Shown: piece by piece, positions 30,759-39,504 of the stretch
Layout of the letters: each line of letters begins with the position of its first letter
How positions within the stretch are numbered: position 1 is the first letter of the stretch
Assembly (NCBI GenBank): GCA_035297365.1
Contig: DATGZA010000012.1
Coordinates: 1-41,324, forward strand
DNA length: 41,324 bases
Direction of reading: 5' to 3'
DNA from: Nitrososphaeraceae archaeon
GTDB lineage: Archaea; Thermoproteota; Nitrososphaeria; Nitrososphaerales; Nitrososphaeraceae
Notes under the pieces: model-generated
What the model saw: only the letters and a program-made list of their open reading frames with translations
Told to the model about the DNA's origin: nothing
The model's database searches: none
Program-made: the position numbers and the translations under genes

Positions 30759-31814
30759 TCAGCAAAAATGCATATAGCCTTGATTCTTTAATAGGTAATA
30801 ATCCTTATCAAACATCTTTCTCTTTTTATTAGTTAAATCAATCGTCTTATCAGACTTTACAAATACTCTACCTTTTCCAGTCTTTACTTTACCAATTACA
30901 ATCACTTTCAATTTAAATTTATTTGAAAGATCAACAATTTTCTTGAAATTTGATGGTTTTATAGTAGCCACTATTTCATATTCCTCTCCCCCATTGAAAA
31001 TCAAATTATGGAGATCGAGAGAGTTAGTCTCAGAAAATTCTTTGAGCCCTTCTGGGAAAGGAAGAGAATCAATAAAAAAATCTACTTTGCTTTGTGTAGC
31101 TAATTCATAAAGCGAAGTACTTAATCCATCACTAGAATCTATAGAAGATGAAAAATACTTTCCAAATACTTTGCCAAACTTATGTCTTGGCGATGGATTT
31201 AATACACTTTCTATGGCTTTTTCTTTAAACTCACCTTTTGCCTTACAATTTTTTAGTAATATATTCAAACCTGATGTGGAATAACCAAATTCTCCTGATA
31301 CTACTACAACATCGTCATTAATTGCACCATTCCGTTTTGGCATATAATTAACTTTTGGACTCAAGAAACCGATTAAAACGCAATCAATTATTAGTTCCTT
31401 TGACTCATTTGTATCCCCTCCCAAAAAAGTAATATCAAATTCTTTTGATGCCCTCTGGAATCCCAAGATTAAATTATTAATCTTGTTTTTTGTCCAAGTC
31501 CGAGGTATTCCTAAAGATAGTACTGAATAAAAAGGTGAAGATATACCTTTTGCTGACATATCACTCACAGAAGATACTACGCTTTTTCGAGCCATTTGCC
31601 ATGGTGCCATCTGTTTTACCACATCAGTACTTTCCACCAACATATCAGATTTAATGACTAGATTATTAGTAGTAAAATATTTACCATGATTATCTTTTAG
31701 GCTTTCAAAAAAGATAACGGAAACATCATCTCTTAAATTAAGATTTGATTTATTTTTTTTAATAAGTTTAGAAAAAAATAAATCAATAATTTGTTTTTCA
31801 TTTAGTTTGATCAT
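30759..31814 (-). CDS. thiL: Thiamine-monophosphate kinase
   Basis: DMLVESTD, SDMSAKG, LGGDT, DSSDGL, GGEEYEIV. Confidence 0.93.
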   Translation of the reverse strand: MIKLNEKQIIDLFFSKLIKKNKSNLNLRDDVSVIFFESLKDNHGKYFTTNNLVIKSDMLVESTDVVKQMAPWQMARKSVVSSVSDMSAKGISSPFYSVLSLGIPRTWTKNKINNLILGFQRASKEFDITFLGGDTNESKELIIDCVLIGFLSPKVNYMPKRNGAINDDVVVVSGEFGYSTSGLNILLKNCKAKGEFKEKAIESVLNPSPRHKFGKVFGKYFSSSIDSSDGLSTSLYELATQSKVDFFIDSLPFPEGLKEFSETNSLDLHNLIFNGGEEYEIVATIKPSNFKKIVDLSNKFKLKVIVIGKVKTGKGRVFVKSDKTIDLTNKKRKMFDKDYYLLKNQGYMHFC

Positions 31815-33135
31815 ATATTTTCTTAACTCTGTTTATCGTAGTTCTATAGATAGATTTTATTTTATACGGATTAGACTCTATTGAAATTCTTAACGCATTT
31901 TCGGTATTTGAAGATCTAAATAATATCCAAGAAGTATCATCAAGAATTATTTTGATTCCATCGATGGTAATCATTTCTGTGGAATCAGATTTAAATTCTT
32001 CCTGTAATTTTTCCATTATCTTATCTTGTAAATCTATATTAATTGATATTTTATCTCTAATTTGAGAATAATTTGATGCCAGGTCCATGCATTCTTGAAA
32101 TAAAGATTGATCTATAGTACTAATCAATACGCTTGCAAGAATGCCATCTCGACACCAGTTAAAGTTTGACATAATAAATCCTGCGCTACTGCCTTCACCT
32201 CCAGCATCAGCATTAGTTTCTAAGATTTTTTGAACGACGTTAGCTTCTCCTACTTTAGAGTATATTAAATTTCCATTATTATTTTTTATGAACTGATCTA
32301 TAGCATTACTTGTATCTAAACTAGTTACAAAGTTTTTTATTTTAAATTTATTCATACATTTTGCAATACATAACAAAAGCGTACTATCAGAATTTAATTT
32401 CTGACCGTTATTAGATACAACGACTAATCTATCTCCATCCAGATCAAATGAAAAGCCATAATCTAGATCACATGATTTAACAATAGATTTCAATTGAATT
32501 AAATTATCTGTTGTTGGATCTGGTCCTCTGGAAAATATACTTGGATTTCCGTTTATAACATAAGTAATATGTCCTATCTTTTTGAAAAGATCCTCGACAT
32601 AACAGCAAGTAGCTCCACCACCTCCATCTATACCTATCTTTTTACGATGTGAATCGTCATCTTTAGATTGTTGCAATAACTCCAAAAGTTCATTAGAATA
32701 AGTTGATGAAAAATTTTCTAAAGTACCGTAGGGAGGTAAAATATCATGATATGATTTTTTTGATAACAATTCTTTCAATTCATATTCAAATAAACCTCTT
32801 CCTTTTATGATAAATTTGATACCATTCCAATTAATTGGATTATGTGAAGCGGTAATGATAATAGCTCCTTCGAATTTTCTTGATTCTCTAAATATTACTG
32901 GAGTTGGAGAAATATTCATATCATAAACATCAATTCCATTTTCTAGAAGACTTGAGACTATTATTTTTTTTATTATTTCTCCCGAATGTCTTGTATCTCT
33001 AGCAACTATACATTTTACACTTTCTTTTTTGGAATTTTTAAGAAACAATGAAAACATACTAGAAAATCTATAAATTTCATTAAGAGTAAGATCCTCGCCA
33101 TAGATGCCCCTAATTCCAGATATAGAAACTTTCAT
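31798..33135 (-). CDS. Phosphomannomutase/phosphoglucomutase family protein
   Basis: SGIRG, TASHNP, DLDGDR, GGEGS, RSSNTE. Confidence 0.93.
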   Translation of the reverse strand: MKVSISGIRGIYGEDLTLNEIYRFSSMFSLFLKNSKKESVKCIVARDTRHSGEIIKKIIVSSLLENGIDVYDMNISPTPVIFRESRKFEGAIIITASHNPINWNGIKFIIKGRGLFEYELKELLSKKSYHDILPPYGTLENFSSTYSNELLELLQQSKDDDSHRKKIGIDGGGGATCCYVEDLFKKIGHITYVINGNPSIFSRGPDPTTDNLIQLKSIVKSCDLDYGFSFDLDGDRLVVVSNNGQKLNSDSTLLLCIAKCMNKFKIKNFVTSLDTSNAIDQFIKNNNGNLIYSKVGEANVVQKILETNADAGGEGSSAGFIMSNFNWCRDGILASVLISTIDQSLFQECMDLASNYSQIRDKISINIDLQDKIMEKLQEEFKSDSTEMITIDGIKIILDDTSWILFRSSNTENALRISIESNPYKIKSIYRTTINRVKKIYDQTK

Positions 33136-33264
33136 TATACTACTTTTGAAAATTCAGAATTTAATTGTGTTGGTAGAATGTAAAATATATATCGGTTAAT
33201 AGTAGATTCTTGTTACCAAAAAACAAGTGATGAAAATTAATTTTTATAATAAAGAATAATCGTT

Positions 33265-33338
33265 GCCTCTGTAGCTCAGCCTGGTTGAGCGAAGGTTTCG
33301 TAAACCTTAGGTCGTGGGTTCAAATCCCACCAGAGGCT
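33265..33338 (+). tRNA. tRNA-Thr(CGT); probable integration site
   Basis: GCCTCTG/CAGAGGC acceptor stem; GCTC/GAGC D-stem; AAGGT-TT-CGT-AA-ACCTT; GTGGG-TTCAAAT-CCCAC. Confidence 0.97.
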
Positions 33339-33463
33339 CTGTAGTCTCGGTTCAAATCCCCACTAAAAAAGAACGAAGAGAGGTAACAGAAAGTTCTTTC
33401 AACAAATCAACAAATAAGTGTGTTAATATTTACGAAAAGTCCAATAATAAATCACATCTTGAC

Positions 33464-34717
33464 ATGAGAGACCTATACAATAGGAAAAACAGATTGAATC
33501 ACTGGATAAAAAGAATACATGAAGAACTTGATGGAAGTGACAAAACTGACGTATTAGAGTTTTTAGAAATCATGCAAGAAAAAGACCAAAGTATTTTAAC
33601 TATTATAAGATGTATATCTGTAATCCTCCAGTTAAGAAAACAGTTTGGAAAACCTTTCTCGCAAATAACAAAAGAAGATATCAAATTATTATTTAAATGG
33701 ATGGATGAAAAAGGTTACATGCTAGAGACACATCAAAAATTCAGAGCGATTTTAAAAAAATTCTATAAAATGGTTCACGGAAATAATGAGTACTATCCAG
33801 ATTGTGTCAAATGGTTTTCAGTAAAGGTAGGTAAGGATAAGAGAAGTCAAGAACGACAATTGGATATTAATGAATATTTAGAGGAAGAAGAGACAAAACA
33901 AATGATTGAGGCAGCACCTACCGTTCAAAAGAAAGCTTTCTTAGCTTGTCTATACGAAAGTGGTAGCAGACCAGAGGAGTATTTGAGACTGACTAATTTC
34001 GATATAAAAATAGATAAAGATGGTGCTATTTTCATTTTAAGAGGAAAGACAGGCGAAAGAAGGGTAAGAATAGTATCATTTACACCGTTATTACAACAAT
34101 GGTTAGATATCCACCCACTAAAAAACGAGGAACAATTTCCATTATGGATAAGTGAGGCCACTAATTACAAAAATAAACCATTAGGATTTAAGGGAGCAGA
34201 AAATATAATTCATGATGCTCTAGCTAAAGCTAATCTTTCCAATAAACATGCTAGGTTATATCTTTTAAGACATAGCAGGGCAACACATCTAGCTAGTTGG
34301 ATGACCGAAAGTCAAATGTGTGCTTTCTTTGGCTGGCAACAAGGAACACAAGTAGTTAGACGTTATATCCATTTATCAGGAAAAGATTTAGACAAGGTAT
34401 TACTGTCTATTGGAGAAGGTAAACAAATCAAAAGAGAGGATGAATACCAATTAAAGACGTTCAAATGCATTAGATGTTCAGAGACTTTAAGTCCTACCCA
34501 AAAATTTTGTTCAAGATGTGGATTTACAACCAACTTATCAGAACAGTATACTAAAGAAATGAATTTAGAAAAGGAAAATGTGGAACTGAAATTGGAGATT
34601 GCGTCTATACGGGAGGAAATGAATCAGAAAATATCCATACTTATGCAATCACAAAAAGAAATCTTGGAATGTTTAAAATATCCAGAGAGATTAATAGAAA
34701 TTTCTGCAAATGATTAA
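33464..34717 (+). CDS. Tyrosine recombinase/integrase with C-terminal zinc ribbon and coiled coil
   Basis: YESGSRPEE, GKTG, YLLRHSRAT, FFGW, RRYIH; CIRC..CSRC. ATG 33464 preferred over the GTG inside the tRNA. Confidence 0.93.
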   Translation: MRDLYNRKNRLNHWIKRIHEELDGSDKTDVLEFLEIMQEKDQSILTIIRCISVILQLRKQFGKPFSQITKEDIKLLFKWMDEKGYMLETHQKFRAILKKFYKMVHGNNEYYPDCVKWFSVKVGKDKRSQERQLDINEYLEEEETKQMIEAAPTVQKKAFLACLYESGSRPEEYLRLTNFDIKIDKDGAIFILRGKTGERRVRIVSFTPLLQQWLDIHPLKNEEQFPLWISEATNYKNKPLGFKGAENIIHDALAKANLSNKHARLYLLRHSRATHLASWMTESQMCAFFGWQQGTQVVRRYIHLSGKDLDKVLLSIGEGKQIKREDEYQLKTFKCIRCSETLSPTQKFCSRCGFTTNLSEQYTKEMNLEKENVELKLEIASIREEMNQKISILMQSQKEILECLKYPERLIEISAND

Positions 34718-34738
34718 GTAAATACACAACTTTTCCAT

Positions 34739-36045
34739 TTAATGAATATAGCTTGGCGGAAATATTCCTTCCTTCTCTACTTTTTTTAATTCTTCTTTTA
34801 AATTTGATAATTCTTCTTCCTCATGTGAAATCATTTTTCTGAGGATTAATATTCTGTAGTCCTTGAATTTCATAAAATCCTTGTTTCCTATTTTATGTCT
34901 GTATAAACCCGGAACCAACCAATCTTTATTCAAAATAGCGTTATATAATATCCAGAAGTAAAACGACATAACAAAATTTCTTAATTCTTCCTCATGTATG
35001 CTATTGTAATAATAGATATTTTCTGAAAACCACGATATGATTAATTTTAGAATTTTAATTCTAATATTCTTTCCGAGGATTTTGTCAAGGCTATCAGGAT
35101 GAACCAAAAAAGCATAATCTTTCATTGTATGTTTATTTTCAGTCAAGCTCTCTAGAACTTGATTGATTCTTGACTGGTTAACTTCATCTTTTATATAAAA
35201 CATGAATCCTTTAAAAGATAAAAAATAGGTATAATTTTCTGGACTGGATTGGATATGAGAAATTATCTTAATTTTTGTTCCTTGTCTTCTATCTTATCTG
35301 TTTTTTGAATTTTATGTGACTTGCCTTTTGTCTTACTTGTTTTTATATCCTCAATAAATACGCTATCCACTCCTTTTTCATTCAAAATTGATAAATCTGG
35401 ATACAGCTTTCTTTTCTGTTGTAATATATTTATTATATTTTGTTGATTATCCTGAAGAATATATCTCAAGTTACCTTTTTTTTCTATATGTTGTTGTTTT
35501 ACATACACAACAATTCTGTCATATTTCTTCTCTAATTCCAGAAATTTTGTAACCTTAAACGGCTTTATTAAACTGATAGAACCTTTCGATTCTTTCTCAT
35601 TAATTTCTATAATTAATGATAATTTTTCTCGTTCATTCGCTATATAAGAAAGCTTTAAATTTTTACTAGAACCATTTACTTCTTCCTCAATTTGAAGTTT
35701 GGGGCTTATACTATCGATTTCTTTATTTGTTAGATGTAAATTAAATAATCTGCTAATTTTTCTTAATAGCTTTAACTTAAAATTATTATCTAGATTTTCT
35801 ATGTCAGAAAGGTAGAACAACGTCGATTTTCTAATAGTTGAAAAACCTGCCAGTTGATATATTACTCGATATACATCTGAATCCCTTCTCTTATTTCTTT
35901 CTAGACCTCTCATTCTAAATTTGTCAAACCATTCCTCTTCTATTTCTCTTGGAATTAAGGGCTTATTAGAAGAGCCTATTATGTATAATATTTCAGTTGT
36001 TTTCCTGCTCAGATATTTTTGACGATTCTTTGTATTTGTGCTCAA
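34739..36045 (-). pseudogene. Probable frameshifted single gene (N-terminal wHTH-like), divergent regulator candidate
   Basis: The frame of ORF 34739-35203 stays open upstream to about 35293 (IISHIQSSPENYTYFLSFKGFMFY), overlapping the end of ORF 35263-36045. The N-terminus EILYII...PLIPREIEE is wHTH-like. Confidence 0.55.
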
Positions 36046-36107
36046 TGGTATGCTTGATTCTGCTCATATCTATCATTTTAAATTTTTTAAAGATTTTAAA
36101 CATATTA

Positions 36108-36284
36108 ATGAATTTAAAAAAAGATAAAAATAAAAAATACAAACTAATAGCGGTCTCAGATGAAAACTACATATCACTTGAAAAAATAGGTACCTTTGGT
36201 CAAAGTTTCAATGATGTCATTACAGATTTATTGAAAAAATATCCTTTACAATATGATTCTACTCATATTGTAAATATTCACTAG
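36108..36284 (+). CDS. Small ribbon-helix-helix/antitoxin-like DNA-binding protein
   Basis: KLIAVSDENYISLEKIGTFGQSFNDVITDLL; ATG 36108 is in frame with the listed ORF. Confidence 0.8.
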   Translation: MNLKKDKNKKYKLIAVSDENYISLEKIGTFGQSFNDVITDLLKKYPLQYDSTHIVNIH

Positions 36285-36298
36285 CAACCTGGAGGATA

Positions 36299-36505
36299 TT
36301 GTTGACTAGTATGAATAGTGCGTCTATCTCTGATTTAAAGGATTCTCAGAAGATATTCAAACAGTTATGGCGAGTAGGAAATAAACATCTGGTAATAATT
36401 GATGAATCTATAATACAAAAGCTTGGAATTAATGACAACATCACTTTCGTAGAACAAGAATTAACAGAAGACGGTATCTTAATGCGAATCAAGAAAATTT
36501 GGTAA
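36299..36505 (+). CDS. AbrB/MazE-like DNA-binding protein
   Basis: RVGNKHLVIIDESIIQKLGI...EQELTEDGILMRI swapped-hairpin pattern. Confidence 0.75.
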   Translation: MLTSMNSASISDLKDSQKIFKQLWRVGNKHLVIIDESIIQKLGINDNITFVEQELTEDGILMRIKKIW

Positions 36506-36508
36506 AAT

Positions 36509-38428
36509 ATGACCTCAGATATAACATCTCTTGACATTAGCACAAAACTAAAGAATGAGAACATTATCAAGAAATTTGCTAAAGATAAAAATACCGTTGT
36601 AATAGAACTTAATAGGAAATACAACGGGATAATAGTTACCATTCCTATAGATATAGAAAAGTGGTCATTTTCATTAGATTCTTCAAAACTGTTAGAAAGT
36701 GCAGAAAAAAAGCTTAGAGATAAAGCAATAAAGGAAGAACATATCAACTTGATTAAGGACGCTCTAGACTACAATTTCGACTATATTTCAGGTAAGTATG
36801 AAGCAGGTTCTGAATATTTGAAAGAAGCACATCACGACATATTTGGAACACCAATACCTGATTTTTTCCGGACTGTGAAAGAAAAATCAGATAATAATAA
36901 GAATAATGGTAGAAATAAAAATGAAAGTGTAAATGCTGAAAAAAAAGAAGAGCAACAGCAACGAGACTATATCAAGGCAATATATACACAGAAATATTGT
37001 GGGAAATATTACCTTGCTGAAGGTGTTATAATTGGCAATAAACCCTTTTTTGCGGTATCTAAAAAATCAGATAATCTTAATGAACTTCCTGCAATAATTC
37101 TACAAGAATTTATTCCATTGGATGAAACGACAATAATGAAACCTCCAGAATTAACATCATATCTGAATAAACCGTATGTCTTCGAGTCAGAAGAAAAATT
37201 TTATGAATATATAGAAAGGGCAAAACAAACCGATATTTACTCAATATTCAGAGATGTAAAATCAATCTGGAAGAAATACATAGATGCTGATGATTTCCAC
37301 ATTTCAATTTGTGCAGCAGATGCAATTTTTACACATTTTCAGGATAAAATAGGCTTGACACATTATCTCTTCTTTGTAGGAAATAATGGTTCCGGTAAAT
37401 CCAATAATCTTGTAATCTTTCATTATCTTGGTTATCGAAACATGATGTCTACTGATGTGACTGCTGCCAATATCTACCAGTTTCTAGGAAATTTTGATGA
37501 GGGTCAAGGAACTATATGCGAAGACGAAGCAGACAACATCGACGAGAATACGGATAAGATGAGAATTTATAAAAATGGATACGCCAGTGGGTTTCCAGTA
37601 TATAGAACAGATACCACATATGGAAGAAAACAGTATCGATACTTTACATTTTGTTTTAAAGCATTTGCGGCAGAAAAAACTCCTGATTCGTTGAAGGCAA
37701 AAGGATTCAATCAACGTATAATAGAATTACATTGTTCCCCAGGATTTCCAGAATATGATATATCTGAGATTATTAATCCTGCAGGTGACGAAAAACATCA
37801 ACTGTTGTTGGATGAATTATTAGATACAAGAAAACTTTTACTTGCTTACAGACTCGTACACTTTCATGACAAGATTCCAGATATAAAGTTAAACATTGAA
37901 AATAGAGAGAAGCAGTTATTCAAACCAATAGCACGAATATTTGGAAATTCAAAAGAAATGTTAGATGAATTGTTACCGGTAATTAGCAAATACATAAGTC
38001 AGAAGAGAGAAAGTAACTTAGATTCACTACATTCTCGGATTTACGCGTTAATAAAAAGAATGGTCAAAGAAGAAAATTCTGCTGAACTAGAATCTGGGAA
38101 AATATGGCAAAACGTAAAAGAGGAATTGAATGGTGAAGATATTAAACCTCAGACCATACAAACCTCTGAATTTGGTTATATATCACAAAAACAGATAATC
38201 CAGATACTTAAAGACGTATTCAGGACAAAACCATCGAATAGACATGGTAAACTAAGAAGTCTTGTATTCGACCTCAATATATTAGAAAAACTGGGAAAAG
38301 TATATGATTTGGATGTAAATATCAAAGTCGAAAGAAAAGAACAGAAGATAAAGGAAAATGAGACAGATGGGACACATACTGATGATGGGATAGGTTTAGA
38401 TAAACACCTATTTGACGAGGGAAATTAG
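36509..38428 (+). CDS. P-loop ATPase, putative replicative helicase of the element
   Basis: Walker A GNNGSGKS, Walker B ICEDEAD, KNGY..G..VYR...FCFKAFA, QRII, C-terminal wHTH-like region; iterons at the 3' end. Confidence 0.8.
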   Translation: MTSDITSLDISTKLKNENIIKKFAKDKNTVVIELNRKYNGIIVTIPIDIEKWSFSLDSSKLLESAEKKLRDKAIKEEHINLIKDALDYNFDYISGKYEAGSEYLKEAHHDIFGTPIPDFFRTVKEKSDNNKNNGRNKNESVNAEKKEEQQQRDYIKAIYTQKYCGKYYLAEGVIIGNKPFFAVSKKSDNLNELPAIILQEFIPLDETTIMKPPELTSYLNKPYVFESEEKFYEYIERAKQTDIYSIFRDVKSIWKKYIDADDFHISICAADAIFTHFQDKIGLTHYLFFVGNNGSGKSNNLVIFHYLGYRNMMSTDVTAANIYQFLGNFDEGQGTICEDEADNIDENTDKMRIYKNGYASGFPVYRTDTTYGRKQYRYFTFCFKAFAAEKTPDSLKAKGFNQRIIELHCSPGFPEYDISEIINPAGDEKHQLLLDELLDTRKLLLAYRLVHFHDKIPDIKLNIENREKQLFKPIARIFGNSKEMLDELLPVISKYISQKRESNLDSLHSRIYALIKRMVKEENSAELESGKIWQNVKEELNGEDIKPQTIQTSEFGYISQKQIIQILKDVFRTKPSNRHGKLRSLVFDLNILEKLGKVYDLDVNIKVERKEQKIKENETDGTHTDDGIGLDKHLFDEGN

Positions 38429-38642
38429 GCAAATGGGACACATGGGACACATGGGACACTTTCTGAAGACAGACAAGATGATAATAATACTTCTGATTAT
38501 GACGACAATAGTTATGATAAAAAGGATAACAATAACGAATTACTAACAGAAGAAACTAGAAGAGTAGAGACAATATGATGATAATAAGACATCAGCTTCC
38601 CATAATGTGTCCCAAGCGTCCCAAGCGTCCCAAGCGTCCCAA
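38358..38642. repeat. Inverted 9-bp iteron arrays (putative replication origin)
   Basis: ATGGGACAC at 38367 and three tandem copies at 38433-38459; inverted G(T/C)GTCCCAA four times in tandem at 38607-38642; AT-rich spacer between them. Confidence 0.85.
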
Positions 38643-38725
38643 TCCTCAAAATCAAGCACGACAAATGAAGAATGTAAACTTAAATAAAATAAAACGGTAT
38701 AAAAAGTGTTTAGGCACGAAGAGAA

Positions 38726-39349
38726 ATGGTAAACAAGCAATTTACAAAAGAACAAAAACATATGTTAATTCAATGTATTCTAGACTGTGATTTATTTGGA
38801 TTTTCTGATAAAGAAGGAATGAAATACATTGAAGAAAAAACTGGTAGGCCTATTTCACTGACATCATATAACAGATATAAAAAAATGGCATTAAACGATA
38901 ATACAGCAAATTCTTGGATTGACCATTTTGGAAGAATTGGATTTGTAGACCATTATCGCAAGCGTATTAATGAAATGGAAAGACTTCAAAAAGATACATT
39001 TCGACAATTATATTTAGAACTAAATAAAACAACAGAAGAACAGAACAAGAAATATATTATATCTCTTTTAGCAGAAATTCGAGAAAATAATATACATTTG
39101 AGTCAAATGGGTATGGGTATGCCAATTATTTCCAAACTGAAAGAAATCATCCAAGGAAAACAACAAAACATCTTCGACCTTGTTAATAAACAAAAAAATA
39201 ATACTTTGATTCCAGTTGACGGAAAAGACATTATTGATGATAATCAAGAATTTCAAAATAATATAGAGAAATCAATTAGAGAAAGAGAAGAACGAAAAAA
39301 GGAAATAGATGAAAAATTCCGAAAAAAGATGGAAGGTTTTGTCTTCTAA
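38726..39349 (+). CDS. Hypothetical protein, N-terminal HTH-like region plus long helices
   Basis: GFSDKEGMKYIEEKTGRPISLTSYNRYKK followed by amphipathic/coiled helices. Confidence 0.75.
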   Translation: MVNKQFTKEQKHMLIQCILDCDLFGFSDKEGMKYIEEKTGRPISLTSYNRYKKMALNDNTANSWIDHFGRIGFVDHYRKRINEMERLQKDTFRQLYLELNKTTEEQNKKYIISLLAEIRENNIHLSQMGMGMPIISKLKEIIQGKQQNIFDLVNKQKNNTLIPVDGKDIIDDNQEFQNNIEKSIREREERKKEIDEKFRKKMEGFVF

Positions 39350-39504
39350 TGTAAAACAAAAGTATTTGAATATGGTAGTCCAGTAATACTATCTAATTTT
39401 ATAATTTGATAATCTAGATATAATATCATGATTTCTCATATTTCTGTTCAGTATTAATAATTATAATTACAATATGATTTAAAGTAGTATAAAGCAATTT
39501 TTTT

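Noticed and set aside
33314-33463. Integrase frame extends into the tRNA, as in SSV1-type split integrases
   Set aside because: The protein looks complete from ATG 33464 and the extension is not protein-like; cannot be fully excluded without attR.
38426-38428. Pyrrolysine or amber read-through of the ATPase gene
   Set aside because: No pyl genes in the window, and TAG ends ordinary genes here such as tfe; the tail also needs a frameshift.
38543-38790. ORFs containing WDAWDAWDA and PKRPKRPKR
   Set aside because: By-products of translating the 9-bp iterons.
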